A DNA stretch of 64,000 nucleotides from Eledone cirrhosa. Taxonomy: Eukaryota. The stretch is taken from contig OZ024740.1 in NCBI GenBank assembly GCA_964016885.1, positions 304,172,001 to 304,236,000 on the forward strand, read 5' to 3'. The translations under genes and the position numbers were made by a program. The notes under the pieces were generated by a model. That model ran no database searches. It had not been told where the DNA came from and worked only from the letters and a program-made list of their open reading frames with translations. This document shows positions 39,887 through 52,649 of the stretch, piece after piece; position 1 is the first letter of the stretch, and each line of letters begins with the position of its first letter.

Positions 39887-40744
39887 CTGCATAGTAAAAA
39901 TAATTATGTTAACATTTTATAAAACTCAGACATTTCATTTATTTTTTAAACATAAACATTGTTTTTATCAAAACACAAAGACATAAACTCTGAAAATACT
40001 ACTACTATACACCTAGTATTATGTGGCTTTTCTCTTGGACAAGTAAAATAATTACTTGAGAATTATTCTTTATTGTAATTAAATTTCTGTTAGCTATAAA
40101 ATTGTACATTAACCCTTTTGACACCAACCTGTCCAAAAACTGCTTTTGCTTTTATGAAACAAAACCTCCCATTTAAAAGGTTTTTATTTAAATTAAAATC
40201 TTCCAACATATCTTGATTTAAGAACCTTTTGTTAAGTTAAATACAAATACTAACTTAATAATTAATCTTCTTTGCCCACTTATTCCTGAGGGGGTCATGG
40301 GGGCAGAGTCCTCAAACACTCCTTCCAGCAGGTCCTGTCAGAAGCAATCATCTCCTACTGATCCAACTAGATCCCCAAGTAAGACCAGCTGAGCTCATGA
40401 ACATTATCCAGCCATCTTGTTCAGGGTCTACTCCTGGGTCTCCTGCCAGTTGGTTTTGCCCAGAAAATCTGCCCAGCAATTCTTTCCTGGGACATTCTAA
40501 CCATATGCCTATGATATCAGAACTGTGATCTCTCAAACAATAATTAATAATTTAAGTAAATTCTTCCAGGTTCTTTATTAATTAGTTTAAATAAAGTGTA
40601 TTTCATTATAAATATGGTAATGAAAGTTTAAATGCAGTATATTTTATTATCAATGTAATAATGAACGGGTTAATAGACCCACTTACTGATATAAAAATAA
40701 GATTACTGGTATGCTCTTCCATTTCTGATATTGTATTCACTATT

Positions 40745-41556
40745 TGGGATGGAAGAAGTTCAGGGAGCTACTGCCACTGCTAGCTGCAAAAGGCTTCTCC
40801 CTCAAAATGAAAGGCAGACTGTATGATGCGTGTATCCGAACAGCAATGTTACATGGTAGTGAGACCTGGGCACTGAAGGTGGAAGACTTACGTAGATTAG
40901 AGAGAAACGAAGCCTACATGCTCCGATGGATGTGTAATAGTAATATACGTGACCGACAAAGCATAAATGAATTGAGAGAGAGACTGAGCATAAGAGGAAT
41001 CAAATGCTGTGTGCAGGAGAGGCGGTTGCGTTGGTATGGACATGTGATGTGTATGAAGGATGACAGCTGCATAAAAAGGTGCAGAGCACTAGAAGTCAAT
41101 GGAAACCGCGGAGTGGGGAGACCCAAGATGACCTGGGATGAGGTGATAAAAGCCGACCTTACCCAATTACACCTCTCCAAGGCGATGACACATGACCATG
41201 ACCTCTGGCGTCACGCAGTAATACAGAGTACCCGACCTCCCATGGGTACAAGCTGAAGCATATAGACAATATGCCCCTACACCCTCCCACTGCAAGGTGG
41301 TCATGGAGGTGCCACGGCAAAAAAGCACCCAGCCCACACTGTAAAGTGGATGTGTAGGTGCCATGAAAAAGCACCCAGCACTCACTGTAAATGAGGTTGG
41401 TGTTAGGAAGGGCATCTAGCTGTAGAAATCAAGCCAAATCAGTTCCTGTATGAGCAAGGCATGGTCAGCCGACCAGACACTGCCCACAACAGGACAACCC
41501 GTCTAACCCATGCTAGCGTGGAAGAACGGACGTAAAACGGCGATGATGATGATGAT
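40745..41556 (+). mobile_element. 5'-truncated RTE LINE, same subfamily as 391-2834, in the intron of the nested gene
   Basis: Nearly identical C-terminal ORF and 3'UTR; (GAT)n tail. Confidence 0.93.
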
Positions 41557-41574
41557 TTACCCCACCCCCATCTA

Positions 41575-42020
41575 ACGCATCCTCTGTGTAGATGTAACCT
41601 GGCTCATTCTGACCCATTTGTATTACTGCATAATGCCAAAGATTTCGATCCTTTCTTCATTGACTTTGAGAGGAGCAATTGTGCAAGGTCATCTTTTATC
41701 ACCTCATGCTAAGTTTTCCTACTCCATAGCTTCTGTCAACTTTAATCGCCTTGCACCTTTTTATGCAGCTATCATCCTTTATACACATCATACCATTGCA
41801 ATCTCCTCTCCTACACACCACATCTGATTCCTTTTATGCCCAATTTCACTCTTAGTTCATTTACGCTTTATCATTCATATATATTACTATTACACATCCA
41901 TTGAAGCATGGAAGCTTCATTTCTTTCCAATCTTCACAGGTCCTCTGCATACAGTGCCCATGTCTCACTACCATGCAACATTGCTGTTCGTATACATGCA
42001 TCGTATAATCCACACTTCAT
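41575..42020 (-). mobile_element. Older degraded RTE 3' fragment
   Basis: Reverse complement of YDACIRTAMLHGSETWAL coding sequence. Confidence 0.75.
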
Positions 42021-42286
42021 TTTATATATATATACTCTTGGGTCCCAAATAGTAGGGGTGGTGGAATAAGGGAGGGGTGAAAAATCGGTAATTTTTCTAG
42101 GTTGTCTCTGTTGATTTTTAAAAAAAAAACATAATTAGTCGTTTAGTTTAGATATTGCAACCCCAACCCATCCTATTTATTTTATAAGGTATGGGATTTC
42201 TAGTAATGTTCTTTTTTTGTTATGTGTAATGTCGAAAAAATCTGAAAAATGAATGACGAGTTGCAGCAATTATGATATCAACTTAC

Positions 42287-42950
42287 CACTTGCAGCTGCA
42301 GCAGAAGCCACGTTTACTGTCAGATTCATTGGAGTTGATGTGTTAGGTTGACACATCTCTGCTGCATATTTAGAGACAGGTGGAGCTGTTGGCGAAAATG
42401 CTGCTGTTTCTGTTGCTGATGGAAGGTCAATCTTGTAACTGGTTGTCTCAACAATAATACTAACATTATTTCTCATTGCATTCAAATTGTTCATAATAAT
42501 CTCTTTATTTCTCATTTTCAGCTGATCTATGTTTCTTTTATTGTGCTTTCTTAGAATATTGTTCAGACTGTCCCTCTCAGTAAATGGTAAATTGTAAGCC
42601 CTGTTAATCTTATCTAATGTTTCTTTATTTCTAATTCTGCTTTTTGAAATAGAATAATTTCCTTTATTATATCTATCTTGATAAGAGGCCTTCAGTTTTG
42701 TAGATTCATTATTTTCCATGCCGTTTGTTTGGTTCAAGTAAAACCTCATTCCAACACTTTTGTTCTTGCTTTCTATGGTCCCATTTGGGAGTTCTGTGTA
42801 GACACTCTTTGTAAAAACAGTACCAGCTGTTTGTTGAAGACTAGACAACAACAGTAGGGAGTTAAATATAATTAGATATCCAGTTGGGTGTAGATGACCC
42901 CAATTTAAAGAAATGTAACTTCTTTCTTGAACTAACATCTTCAGGCACAT
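42287..42950 (-). CDS. Nested gene, coding exon 1: signal-peptide-like hydrophobic stretch plus Asn-rich N-terminal region of a collagen/C1q-domain protein
   Basis: Open frame from ATG 42950; acceptor ttttcag| just upstream (exon start 42963); donor AGTG|GTAAGT at 42287 leaves phase 1, matching the next exon. Confidence 0.8.
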
Positions 42951-44557
42951 TTTTATCCACTTCCTGAAAAATTAATAAATTATTTCATTAACTCTATGAA
43001 AATATATTTGTTAACATATATAGATTAATCCATTCTTATGCAATTAAGTATTGATAAGTTTGTGATTAAATTGAATTAAAATCAAATTTAAAAAAAATTA
43101 AAATTTTAAAAATAATTCAAATTTTATCTGTAACTTCATATAAAAATCATATGAATTTACATATTTGTTAATTTGTATGATAGTAATTGTACATCACAAG
43201 GTCAACTTTGCCTTTCATTGATTTAAGGTCGATAAAAAAGTACCAGTCTAGAACTGGGGTCTATTCTCCCCATATATCTCTTTTCTCACTTCTTTTCTCT
43301 CACTCTCTCTATCCTTCTCTGGAAGAAATCTGCTGTATTCAGACATGGAAAGGAGATGGGCTCTGCCAGGTTTAAAAATGCCTTTAAACACCATATGTTA
43401 ATATGGTGCCTCCACAACTTCATCAGGAGTTATGGTTTCATACATATAATTGTACATCAAATATATTTTCTTATCTTTGAGTTATCTTTTAATACTACAA
43501 TTTACTATCTGATAACTAGTTTATTATTGACATCAATTTTTAATCCATCATACACCTAAATTTAGTTGTTAATCCACCCTATTATGCTACTTATTAGTAT
43601 AGCATTGTGGACTATTTACAATACTAAGAATAATCACCATTCTTTTAATTTTGTTGAGTATATCAACTTTTTGTACCCCTATTGGTAAGGGTGTTGGACA
43701 TAGGATCATAATGTTGTGGGTTTGATTCCTGGGATGGGTTGTATGTTGTGTTCCTGAGCAAAACACTTTATTTCATGTTGATTTAGTATACTCAGCTAAA
43801 AATGAGTACCTGCAATAGCTGGGGGTTTAACCCTGTGATGGACTGGCATCCTGTTCAGGGGGAAGTCTTCTACTCTCACTCACTTCACACCACAGAAACC
43901 GGAATAAGCACCAGCTTGATGAGCCTTCTAGCTTGAGACAGACTTTAGACTAGATTTGACTAGTCAGAAGAATATCAATGAAACTGATCTAACCAGTTTG
44001 ATAATATTAACAGTTTTAGATTGATAATGTTCACAATAATATATGAATACTTATGACAAAAGGTCATCAAATGCTGAAATAGTAAATTTAATGCTTTCAT
44101 GGCTGCATTTCTAATGAAAATCATTAATTATTTCATTACTAAGATAGTAACTTAATGTAAGTTTCTTATATAAAATTATATTGGAAGATTTAAATTTAAA
44201 TTGGAAACCTTTAAAATGGGTGGTTTTATTTCATAGAACCAGAGCCAGTTTTGGCCAGGTTAGTAAATAAAGTGTTAAGGAATGTGAAGTGAACCCAGAT
44301 ATTTGAGAATTAATAGAAATTGGTTAGTTTTGTGAAAAAGAAGAGTTAGGTAATATAACAGTATAATAAACTACTGGTTTACCCTAAAAGTTACACAAAC
44401 ATTCTTCAGGATTATTTCTTATTTGAATTACAAAGATTCATTTTATATTTAGAAATGCAATCATGTAACAGTGCATAATCTACAGCAGAAAGTACATATT
44501 CTCTCACCATTATTTGATTCCAACTATTTCTTCTCAATTATATTTTAAACATAACAT

Positions 44558-44835
44558 AGTGGTAAGGGTGTTGGACTTATGATCATAATGATGTTGTGTG
44601 TTTGATTCCTGGGCTGGGTTGTGTGTTGTGTTCTTGAGCAAAACACTTCATTTCACATTTCTCCAGTATACTCAGCTAAAAATGAGTACCAGCAATTGCT
44701 AGAGGTTTAACCCTGCAATGGACTGGCATCCTGCCCAGGGTGAAGTCTTGTATTCTCAGTTGCTTCAAGCCATGAAACCGAGATAAGCACCGACCTGATG
44801 AGCCTCCTGGCTTGAGACAGACTTTAGACTTTAGA
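44558..44835 (+). mobile_element. tRNA-derived SINE with V-domain-like core; copies ~43683-43950 and 54620-54885
   Basis: Box A/B-like head, ccctgcaatggactggcatcctgcccaggg core, (agacttt)n tail. Confidence 0.7.
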
Positions 44836-45704
44836 ATATTAAACAAGAATTTTATTAATAAAAAAAATTCTAAATATACTTAATTGAAGTTACTGTACCC
44901 CAAATACAATAGATCATGTTTGTTTGTTGAGTGACAGTCATATTTTTTCTTAAAATCATTCAATAGAAAACTAATGTCCTGGTCAATAATATCAAGAATT
45001 TAATCTGATTTAACTTCATATATATAATTTTTTAGGAATCCTTAGTGAGTACTACTCAATATTAGTTTCAAAATATTTATTTTTCACTGTAGTATAATTT
45101 TGGTTGAATTTGTACCAATGAAACTGCAATCTTTTATTTAATGTGAAAAGTGGTTTTAATCTCTTATCCTGTAATGGCTTAACAGTAAATATCTAAAAAC
45201 AGGTTTATTAATTCATATGTTATAGCATCTTTACAAGTAGACAGATCATTGTAAAATTGTTAGTAAACTAATGCAAAGACTTTAATTTTTAATGTGATGC
45301 AATCATAGTGTTCTTTTGTACTTTTCAAAAATGTCTTGCTGATGTGTTTTCATGTGGTACAAGATGTTAAAAGTTAATATTTAACTGTCTTTCTATTGCC
45401 ATAGACTAGTTAATGTAAGTGAACTTGTAACATTACACAGAAATAGTTTTCCATATATTTCATTTCTATTCTATTAACCTTTTCCCAGATTTTCTTATTG
45501 TCAGAACAACATGGCGTATATTCTGTCATATTTAGTAAATTTCTATTACAAAATATTTCGTTTTTAATAACTCGAATCTGTATTCAAGGTAGCTAATTGA
45601 CCAAGTCTTGTATATTGGTATTTGTTCTGTCTTACTGCACTTAAGCTATGATAGTAACATCTTCATAAGTTTAAAAACTATGTGCCTGATGATGATGATG
45701 TGTA

Positions 45705-45896
45705 CAAGGGCGTGCTGAAAAGTTCCTGGCTGTAAAAGTATTGCGAAAGGGTAGAGCTGTTACTTTTACAGGGGAGATAGGACCGCTGCAATAAGTGTGT
45801 GAATCTGAGAGGAGATTATGTTGAATAAAATCATAATTAACTGATCCTCTTGTATTTTCATTTACCCAAAGCCAGGAACTTTTCAGAACCCCCTTG
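45705..45896. mobile_element. Mariner-type MITE with TA TSD
   Basis: TA|CAAGGGCGTGCTGAAAAGTTCCTGGCT ... AGCCAGGAACTTTTCAGAACCCCCTTG|TA. Confidence 0.85.
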
Positions 45897-45940
45897 TACT
45901 CCTATGTTTTGGATATTAAAAAAATCACAAAAGTTATTAC

Positions 45941-46069
45941 CTGAAGAGTGGATATGATATTTTCTCAGCCAGTTTTAGCAAGTTTATAAATCCAGAAATA
46001 AATCATCTATGGTCACTTCATGTGTCTGTATAGTTTTGAAACCTGGTGGAGCAATTCTCACCATTTATA
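45941..46069 (-). promoter_or_regulatory. Candidate TATA promoter and non-coding first exon of the nested C1q gene
   Basis: Minus-strand CCTATAAATGG (TATA 46069-46063), TTCAAAAC initiator-like site ~32 nt downstream (~46037), donor CTTCAG|GTAATA at 45941. Confidence 0.5.
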
Positions 46070-46974
46070 GGAACCGGGAGAATAACACCAACAAAACAAA
46101 ATAAAAATAGTAAAACAACAAAAAGGTGAATCTCTCATCAATATATTTCATGGAAATTGAAACAAATAAGACATTTTTTTAATGTAAAGTAAATAGTTGT
46201 TGTGGTTATTGGTGTTTTTTTTTTTATTTATTTTTTTTTTTTTTAGAGAGACAGGAGAGAAACTGGTGCAAATAAAAATGTTTATTCATTTTATGTTCAT
46301 GTCCCTTGCATTGTCCTTGTACTAGGTGATGAGCTGGTCTTTGTTAGTTTTGGTTATTTATTTTATATTCCAAACTGAACAATTTCAGTCTGTAAGCATT
46401 TTGTATGTGTGAGATGGACAAAGAGGTAGGTCCCCTCTACCACCACTACCACTGATGATGGGTGGAAAGGAAATGGAGAGGAAAATTATACATTAGAGCT
46501 ATTGTTTAAGAGACAAAATCTTACTCAGTGTCTCCCTTCAGTGGGAAAATAAAATAAAACTAACCAAACAATATTCTGAATCCACTTCCTGGTATCACCG
46601 TAGTTCTGTTAAACACCAAGTATAAAAAAGCAGAGGAAGGTTGAGGGGAAAGTCTTGGCAGTTTGGATGGTTTTTTTAAATTCTATTTTATGTGTATCTG
46701 TGTGTTGTTGTTGTTGGTGGTGGTGGTGGTGATTGGGTGTGTGTGTGTGTGTGTGTGTGGGGGGGGGGTTACTTTCATTTGTTTAGTTATTTTTGTTAAT
46801 TTTTATTTATATAAATATATACACGCACACACATACATTCATATATATACAGACACACCCATGCTAGCATGAAAAGTGGATGTTAAACGAGGATGATGAT
46901 GATGATATATATACACACATACATTCATATATATATATATACACACACACAAACATTCATATACATATATACCT

Positions 46975-47295
46975 GCCTTCCCTTGCATACAAACTTAAAC
47001 CTACAGTCAGTAGGCAACTCTTAACTCAATATACACCCCACCTCACACCCTTACTCCATCCTCCCACTTTTGTCCACTGTAAAGTGGTGGTGCAGGTGAC
47101 ATGGTAAAAAGGCTCCCAGTCCACACTGTAAACGTGGTTGGTGTTAGGAAGGGCATCCAGCCATAGAAAACCTGCCAGAAACAGTTCTGTATGAGCGAGA
47201 CACGGTCACCCAACCAGTCTTGCCTCAAGTGGGACTAAACCGTCCAACCCATGCTAGTGTGGAAGATGCACGTTAAAAGATGATAATGATGATGA
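46975..47295 (+). mobile_element. RTE 3'-end fragment; similar pieces at ~11780-12155, 48663-48910 (minus), 56440-56742
   Basis: gttaggaagggcatccagc...aacccatgctagtgtggaag...(gat)n. Confidence 0.8.
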
Positions 47296-47789
47296 CATAC
47301 ATATACACACACACACACACACATAAACAATATACATGCATACATACAAACATATACAGACACATACGCACATGTATAACATTTTTATATATTTAATCTA
47401 TTTTCCTAATATTGTGTTGTGTAGACTTGTCAGATTTTTGTCTGCAAACGATTTATTTTGAAACTCGTGCAGAGGTTTCTAATTGAAGGAAATATTTCTT
47501 ATTATGAACACCTTGTTTAGGTAAATGTAAATAACTACTGGTGGAGTGATAGGGTGTCTGTCCAGACATGTGGCATGTGTTGGACATTCTAAACCTGGTG
47601 GAACCCATCCCTCACCAGGTCTCAAAACAGTTGATTTCTTCAAGAGATAGAGAGGGAGGGGACGAGGGAAAGGGAGGGAGGGGGATGAAAATTGACTCTA
47701 GTACTCTGGTACTTTACTTATCAACCTGGAAAGGATGATAGGCAAAAATTGACCCGAGAGGCATTTTAAATGACATGAATCCGAGTTGG

Positions 47790-48190
47790 TATTCTGGAGA
47801 CACCTACACAACCACTTTACAGTGTGGTGTGTGCTGGGTGCTTTTTGTTGTGACTCATACACCGCCATTTTTACAGTGTGGTGTGTGTTGGGTGCTTTTT
47901 GTTGTGACTCCTACATGGCCACTTTACAGTGTGTGTTGGGTGCTTTTTGTTGTGACTCCTACATGGCCACTTTACAGTGTGTGTTGGGTGCTTTTTGTTG
48001 TGACTCCTACATGGCCACTTTACAGTGTGTGTTGGGTGCTTTTTGTTGTGACTCCTACATGGCCACTTTACAGTGTGTGTTGGGTGCTTTTTGTTGTGAC
48101 TCCTACATGGCCACTTTACAGTGTGTGCTAGGTGCTTTTTTTTTGTGACTCCTACACAGCCACTTTACAGTGTGGGCTGAGTGCTTTTTT
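47790..48190 (-). repeat. 48-bp minisatellite (~8 units) derived from the RTE 3'UTR repeat
   Basis: Unit cagtgtgtgttgggtgctttttgttgtgactcctacatggccacttta; reverse complement matches aaaaagcacccagcccacactgtaaagtgg in RTE tails. Confidence 0.88.
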
Positions 48191-48216
48191 GCCATGTCGC
48201 CATCAATATATATACA

Positions 48217-48403
48217 CAGGTAAAATTCTGTTATAACGAATACCATTATAACGAATTTTTCAGTATAACGAAATTTTTTTCTATCCCTGACTAGTAACAA
48301 ACAAACGTTCGATTTGTTTCGGTCAATCTCATTATAAAAAATTTTTCATTATAACAACATTTTTTTTATACCCCTTGAATTTCATTATAACGGAATTTCA
48401 CTG
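48217..48403. mobile_element. Tigger/pogo-like MITE
   Basis: CAGGTAAAATTCTGTTATAACG ... CATTATAACGGAATTTCACTG|TA with internal TTATAACGAA repeats. Confidence 0.7.
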
Positions 48404-48516
<113 letters not shown>

Positions 48517-49629
48517 TGTGGTGCTGAGACTGGGGAGACCACTAATCATGAAAGTACTCAATGTGTAGGAAGATACAGAGTGGGTATGGAGAGATGTAAA
48601 ATCCCGGCTGCAATGCCAAGCGGTTTCTGCTTGGTGCCGTGGCCAGGATTCTACACACAAATATCATCATCATCATCATCACCATCGTTTAACGTCCATC
48701 TTCCACGCTAGCATGGGTTACACGGGAGTTGTGCCACTTGAAGCAAGGTTGGTTGGGTGACCGTGTCTCGCTCATATAGGACTATCTGGCAGGCTTTCTA
48801 TGGCTGGATGCCCTTCCTAACACCAACCACATTTACAGTGTGGAACTGGGAACTTTTTACCGTGTTACCTACACGGCCACATTACAGCATGGACTGTGTG
48901 TTTTTTTTTTATATATATATATATAAGAAAAAGAAAGGGAGTGAGGTGGAGAGGAAGAGTTGTATATGTAAAGAAATTAGTGGTATTAGTGTTAGTGATT
49001 ATCTTATTCATGTTTTTTTTTTATGTTTTTTAACATAGGCTATCAGTCCAGTTTTATCGTGGAGACTGTTTTTTTTAATGTATTTTAGTCTCAAATCCCT
49101 AAACATTGTGTTTAGTAAGATATTGTTGACCATAGCTCAAGATTAAATAAATCATTCTGTTGATGTAACAGTTTAATTAAGTGTATGTGTATTGTGTGTG
49201 TTTTGGGTAGTGGAGTTGCTATAGTTTAAGTTAATATTTGGATAAAATGTGTGTTGTGTGTGTATTGAGTTTGAGTTGTGTGTGTGTTTAGTGCCTCTTT
49301 TGTATGTGTGTATTGTGTGTGTTTGGTGCCTCTTTTGTATGTGTGTATTGTGAGTGTAGTGTCACCTTTGTGTGTGTATTGCATCTGTTGTGTGTGTTTA
49401 GTGCCTCTTTTGTATGTGTGTGTTGTGAGTGTAGTGCCACCTTTGTGTGTGTATTGCGTGTGTTGTTTGTGTGTTTAGTGCTTCCTTTGTGTGTGTGTTG
49501 AGTGGTGGAATGGCTATGGTTTGGGTTAATATTTGGATAAATTAGATGGATGGGTTGATGTTGGGATTGTTTTAGCAATGTAGGTGCTATAGTGTCATGT
49601 AATGGGGTGGCACTTAGTACTATGTGGTA

Positions 49630-50150
49630 AGTTGTGTGTGTGTATATACTGTGTTAAGTTGTGTGTATATACAGTGTTGAGTTGTGTGTATATACAGTGT
49701 TGAGTTGTGTGTATATACAGTGTTGAGTTGTGTGTATATACTGTGTTAAGTTGTGTGTATATACTGTGTTGAGTTGTGTGTATATACTGTGTTGAGTTGT
49801 GTGTATATACTGTGTTGAGTTGTGTGTATATACTGTGTTGAGTTGTGTGTATATACTGTGTTGAGTTGTGTGTATATACTGTGTTGAGTTGTGTGTATAT
49901 ACTGTGTTGAGTTGTATGTATATACTGTGTTCAGTTGTGTGTGTATACTGTGTATATACTGTGTTCAGTTGTCTTACACACAACTGAACACAGTATATAC
50001 ACAGTATACACACACAACTGAACACAGTATATACTGTGTCCAGTTGTGTGTATATACTGTGTTAAATTGTGTGTGTATACTGTGTTCAGTTGTGTGTATA
50101 CTGTGTATATATACTATGTTCAGTTGTGTGTATATATACCATGTATTCAG
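49630..50150. repeat. 23-bp minisatellite with an internal inversion
   Basis: Unit gttgtgtgtatatactgtgttga; inverted block 49980-50031. Confidence 0.9.
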
Positions 50151-52314
50151 TCGACATCTGTAAAGTGCTACTGGAGGTCTATTTCCACCTATATAGTGTA
50201 TGCCTTATTCTACAGGAAAGTTGTTGTCAATGTAGGTGCAGTAGTGTAGTGTGGTGTGCTGGTAATTAGAACTATACATTTAGTTGTGTGTGTATATAGC
50301 ATTTATCTCTGTTGTTGGAAGGTGTAATTGTAAACATTTAGTTGTGTTGTATCAGTTTGTATCAGCAAATGTGTATGTTAGTTAATGGGAAATATTTTGG
50401 CCTTGATATATTTATCCAAATGTCTGAGTTAGTTTGTAGAAACTGTATGGATAATGTCTTAGTATTATGGTTGTTTATATTCATGTAAACCTTCACTACA
50501 CTGTTGTATGTATGGTTAGGTATGTGTGAGGTGTGCTGTGCTTGTTTGTGCCCAGTAGCTAATGTGTGGTGTTGATATCCAATGTGTGAGTGGGGTGGGG
50601 TGGGGGGTGCATATAATAGTAGTTAACAATCTTAATATCTGGGGTTGTGTAAAGGTTTAAGATTAAGGTACTCTCGGGTTCCAAATAATATGGGGAGGGT
50701 AATTTTGCTAGGTTGTTTCCCTTGATATTTTTGAGAAACCAGAATTAGTTGTTTAATTTACATATTGAGACGCCAAACCATTCTTTTTATTATACAACGT
50801 ATGGGATTTCTAGTAATGTACTTTTTTTTTACATATATAATCTTTTTTAATGTCTAAAGAAAATTAATTGTCGCAGGAATGCTTGCACTTAAAATAAGAT
50901 TTCGCCAGAGATAGATTAGCAAAATATAAGTGGAGGGTGTGTGTGAAAAATTAATAAGCAGGGTGGGAAGGGTGCAATTATTCAAGACCCGAGTGTAAGT
51001 TTTGTATATCCTGTGTTGACATGATGTAGCAAGTTTGCCCTTTCTGTTGAATAGTTGTTCTTTGGAAAACAATATGTTTATGATCTCCCCAGAGTAAAGG
51101 TTGTATGGATAACTTCCTCTATTGTACAATGTCACCTTGATTAACATACTCCATTGCAACTTGAAAGTTGTATTTTTTTCATGTCAGTCCCATACAGGGC
51201 TCAATAGTGTTGCTGCATTCCTCTGTGTGTGTGTGTGCATTTGTATATATATATATGTATGTATATGTGTGTGTATATATATATATCTTCAGTCATCCAT
51301 CCATCGAAGGTGAAGCATTTTGCCTTTTCTAATAGCTAGAATATAGGCGGCTCATCACAACAGCATACTCATAGATTTCTCTGCTAACTGTAGTAGTAGT
51401 GCCTTCTGCAAAGCCTCTCGTGTTCATGACACCGAGGTCATCTAATTAAACTGATGGTCGTCACATGAACTACTGCTTACTATGAGACAAGCAGGATTCT
51501 TATTGACCTGATCTGCTAGACTATCCTATGATAGCCGTACCAGGTCGGTTTTCGAAATGAGAGAGGCCAGGTGTTCAGCTTGAGTAAACATATATTGCTC
51601 ATCATCAGTTCGCTGAGTGGCATGGTGAACAGACACTAGGGCACACTGCAACACCACAAAAGACCATCCAGTACCAACCAGTGAAAGCTACTACAGCTCT
51701 ACACACTTTTAAATTAACATATACATATTTACACACCCACACAATATATATCTATGTATACACTATTGGATGGCTGTTGACTCTCATGAGGTCCTCTGCC
51801 CTTTGTCAGGTTTGGTTTTTCATCCCATAGCGTATCCAAAAATCCTCCTCCTCACCAAGCAAGCTTGGAGGAGGGGTTGCTGGTTTAGATGCCTATGGCC
51901 CAACCATGTAATAAGTTGTACTGAGTAACATTTTACCAGTAGCACTCAAGAGTGACCTGACACAGTATAAATATATATATGTGCAAAAAGCAAACAGAAA
52001 TAACAAATCAAATGAGACAATACAATGAAGAAATATATTATTAGTTTTACGCTTGATATAGTAGGAAAAGAGTCTTAACGTGATACATATTGCAATGACG
52101 ACAGTGGCCACGCAATTCTGCATATCCAGTGCCATGATCTCATCAGACAGCTTCTTACATAATAAGGTTACGTTCCTGAGGCAATCCAAATTGAAACGAC
52201 AAAGGACCAGACAAAGATGATGTTCTTGAAGCCTTCGCCTGCATCTTTGTCCGGTCCGTTCCCTTGTCGTTTCAATTTGGATTGCCTCGAGAACGTAACC
52301 TTATCATGTAAGAA

Positions 52315-52389
52315 GCTGTCTGATGAGAGCATCGCACTGGGTACACGGAATCGCGTGGCCACTGTCGTCATTGAAATATGTATAACAGC
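52315..52389 (+). ncRNA. Type I hammerhead ribozyme motif with long stem II region (predicted cut after 52384)
   Basis: gctgt-CTGATGA-46 nt-GAAA-tatgta-TA^-acagc, AATAAA ~7 nt later; inside inverted repeat 52083-52219/52242-52383. Confidence 0.65.
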
Positions 52390-52532
52390 CTTATCAATAA
52401 AGGACTTTAACATCTGAAACTACTTCGCATTTTCTTATTCTAAATATACTCCATCATACCTATGTGGAAAAAGTATGTAGAATGCTTGAATTGAATTGCA
52501 TCAATGTTTACCATATATATATATATATATCT

Positions 52533-52649
<117 letters not shown>

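Noticed and set aside
39703-39894. Plus-strand Pro/Gly-rich ORF
   Set aside because: Antisense shadow of the collagen codons
44794-44822. CTGATGA-gcc..ggc-ttGAGA as a hammerhead
   Set aside because: No GAAA and no stem I or III; it is a SINE tail and varies in the other copies
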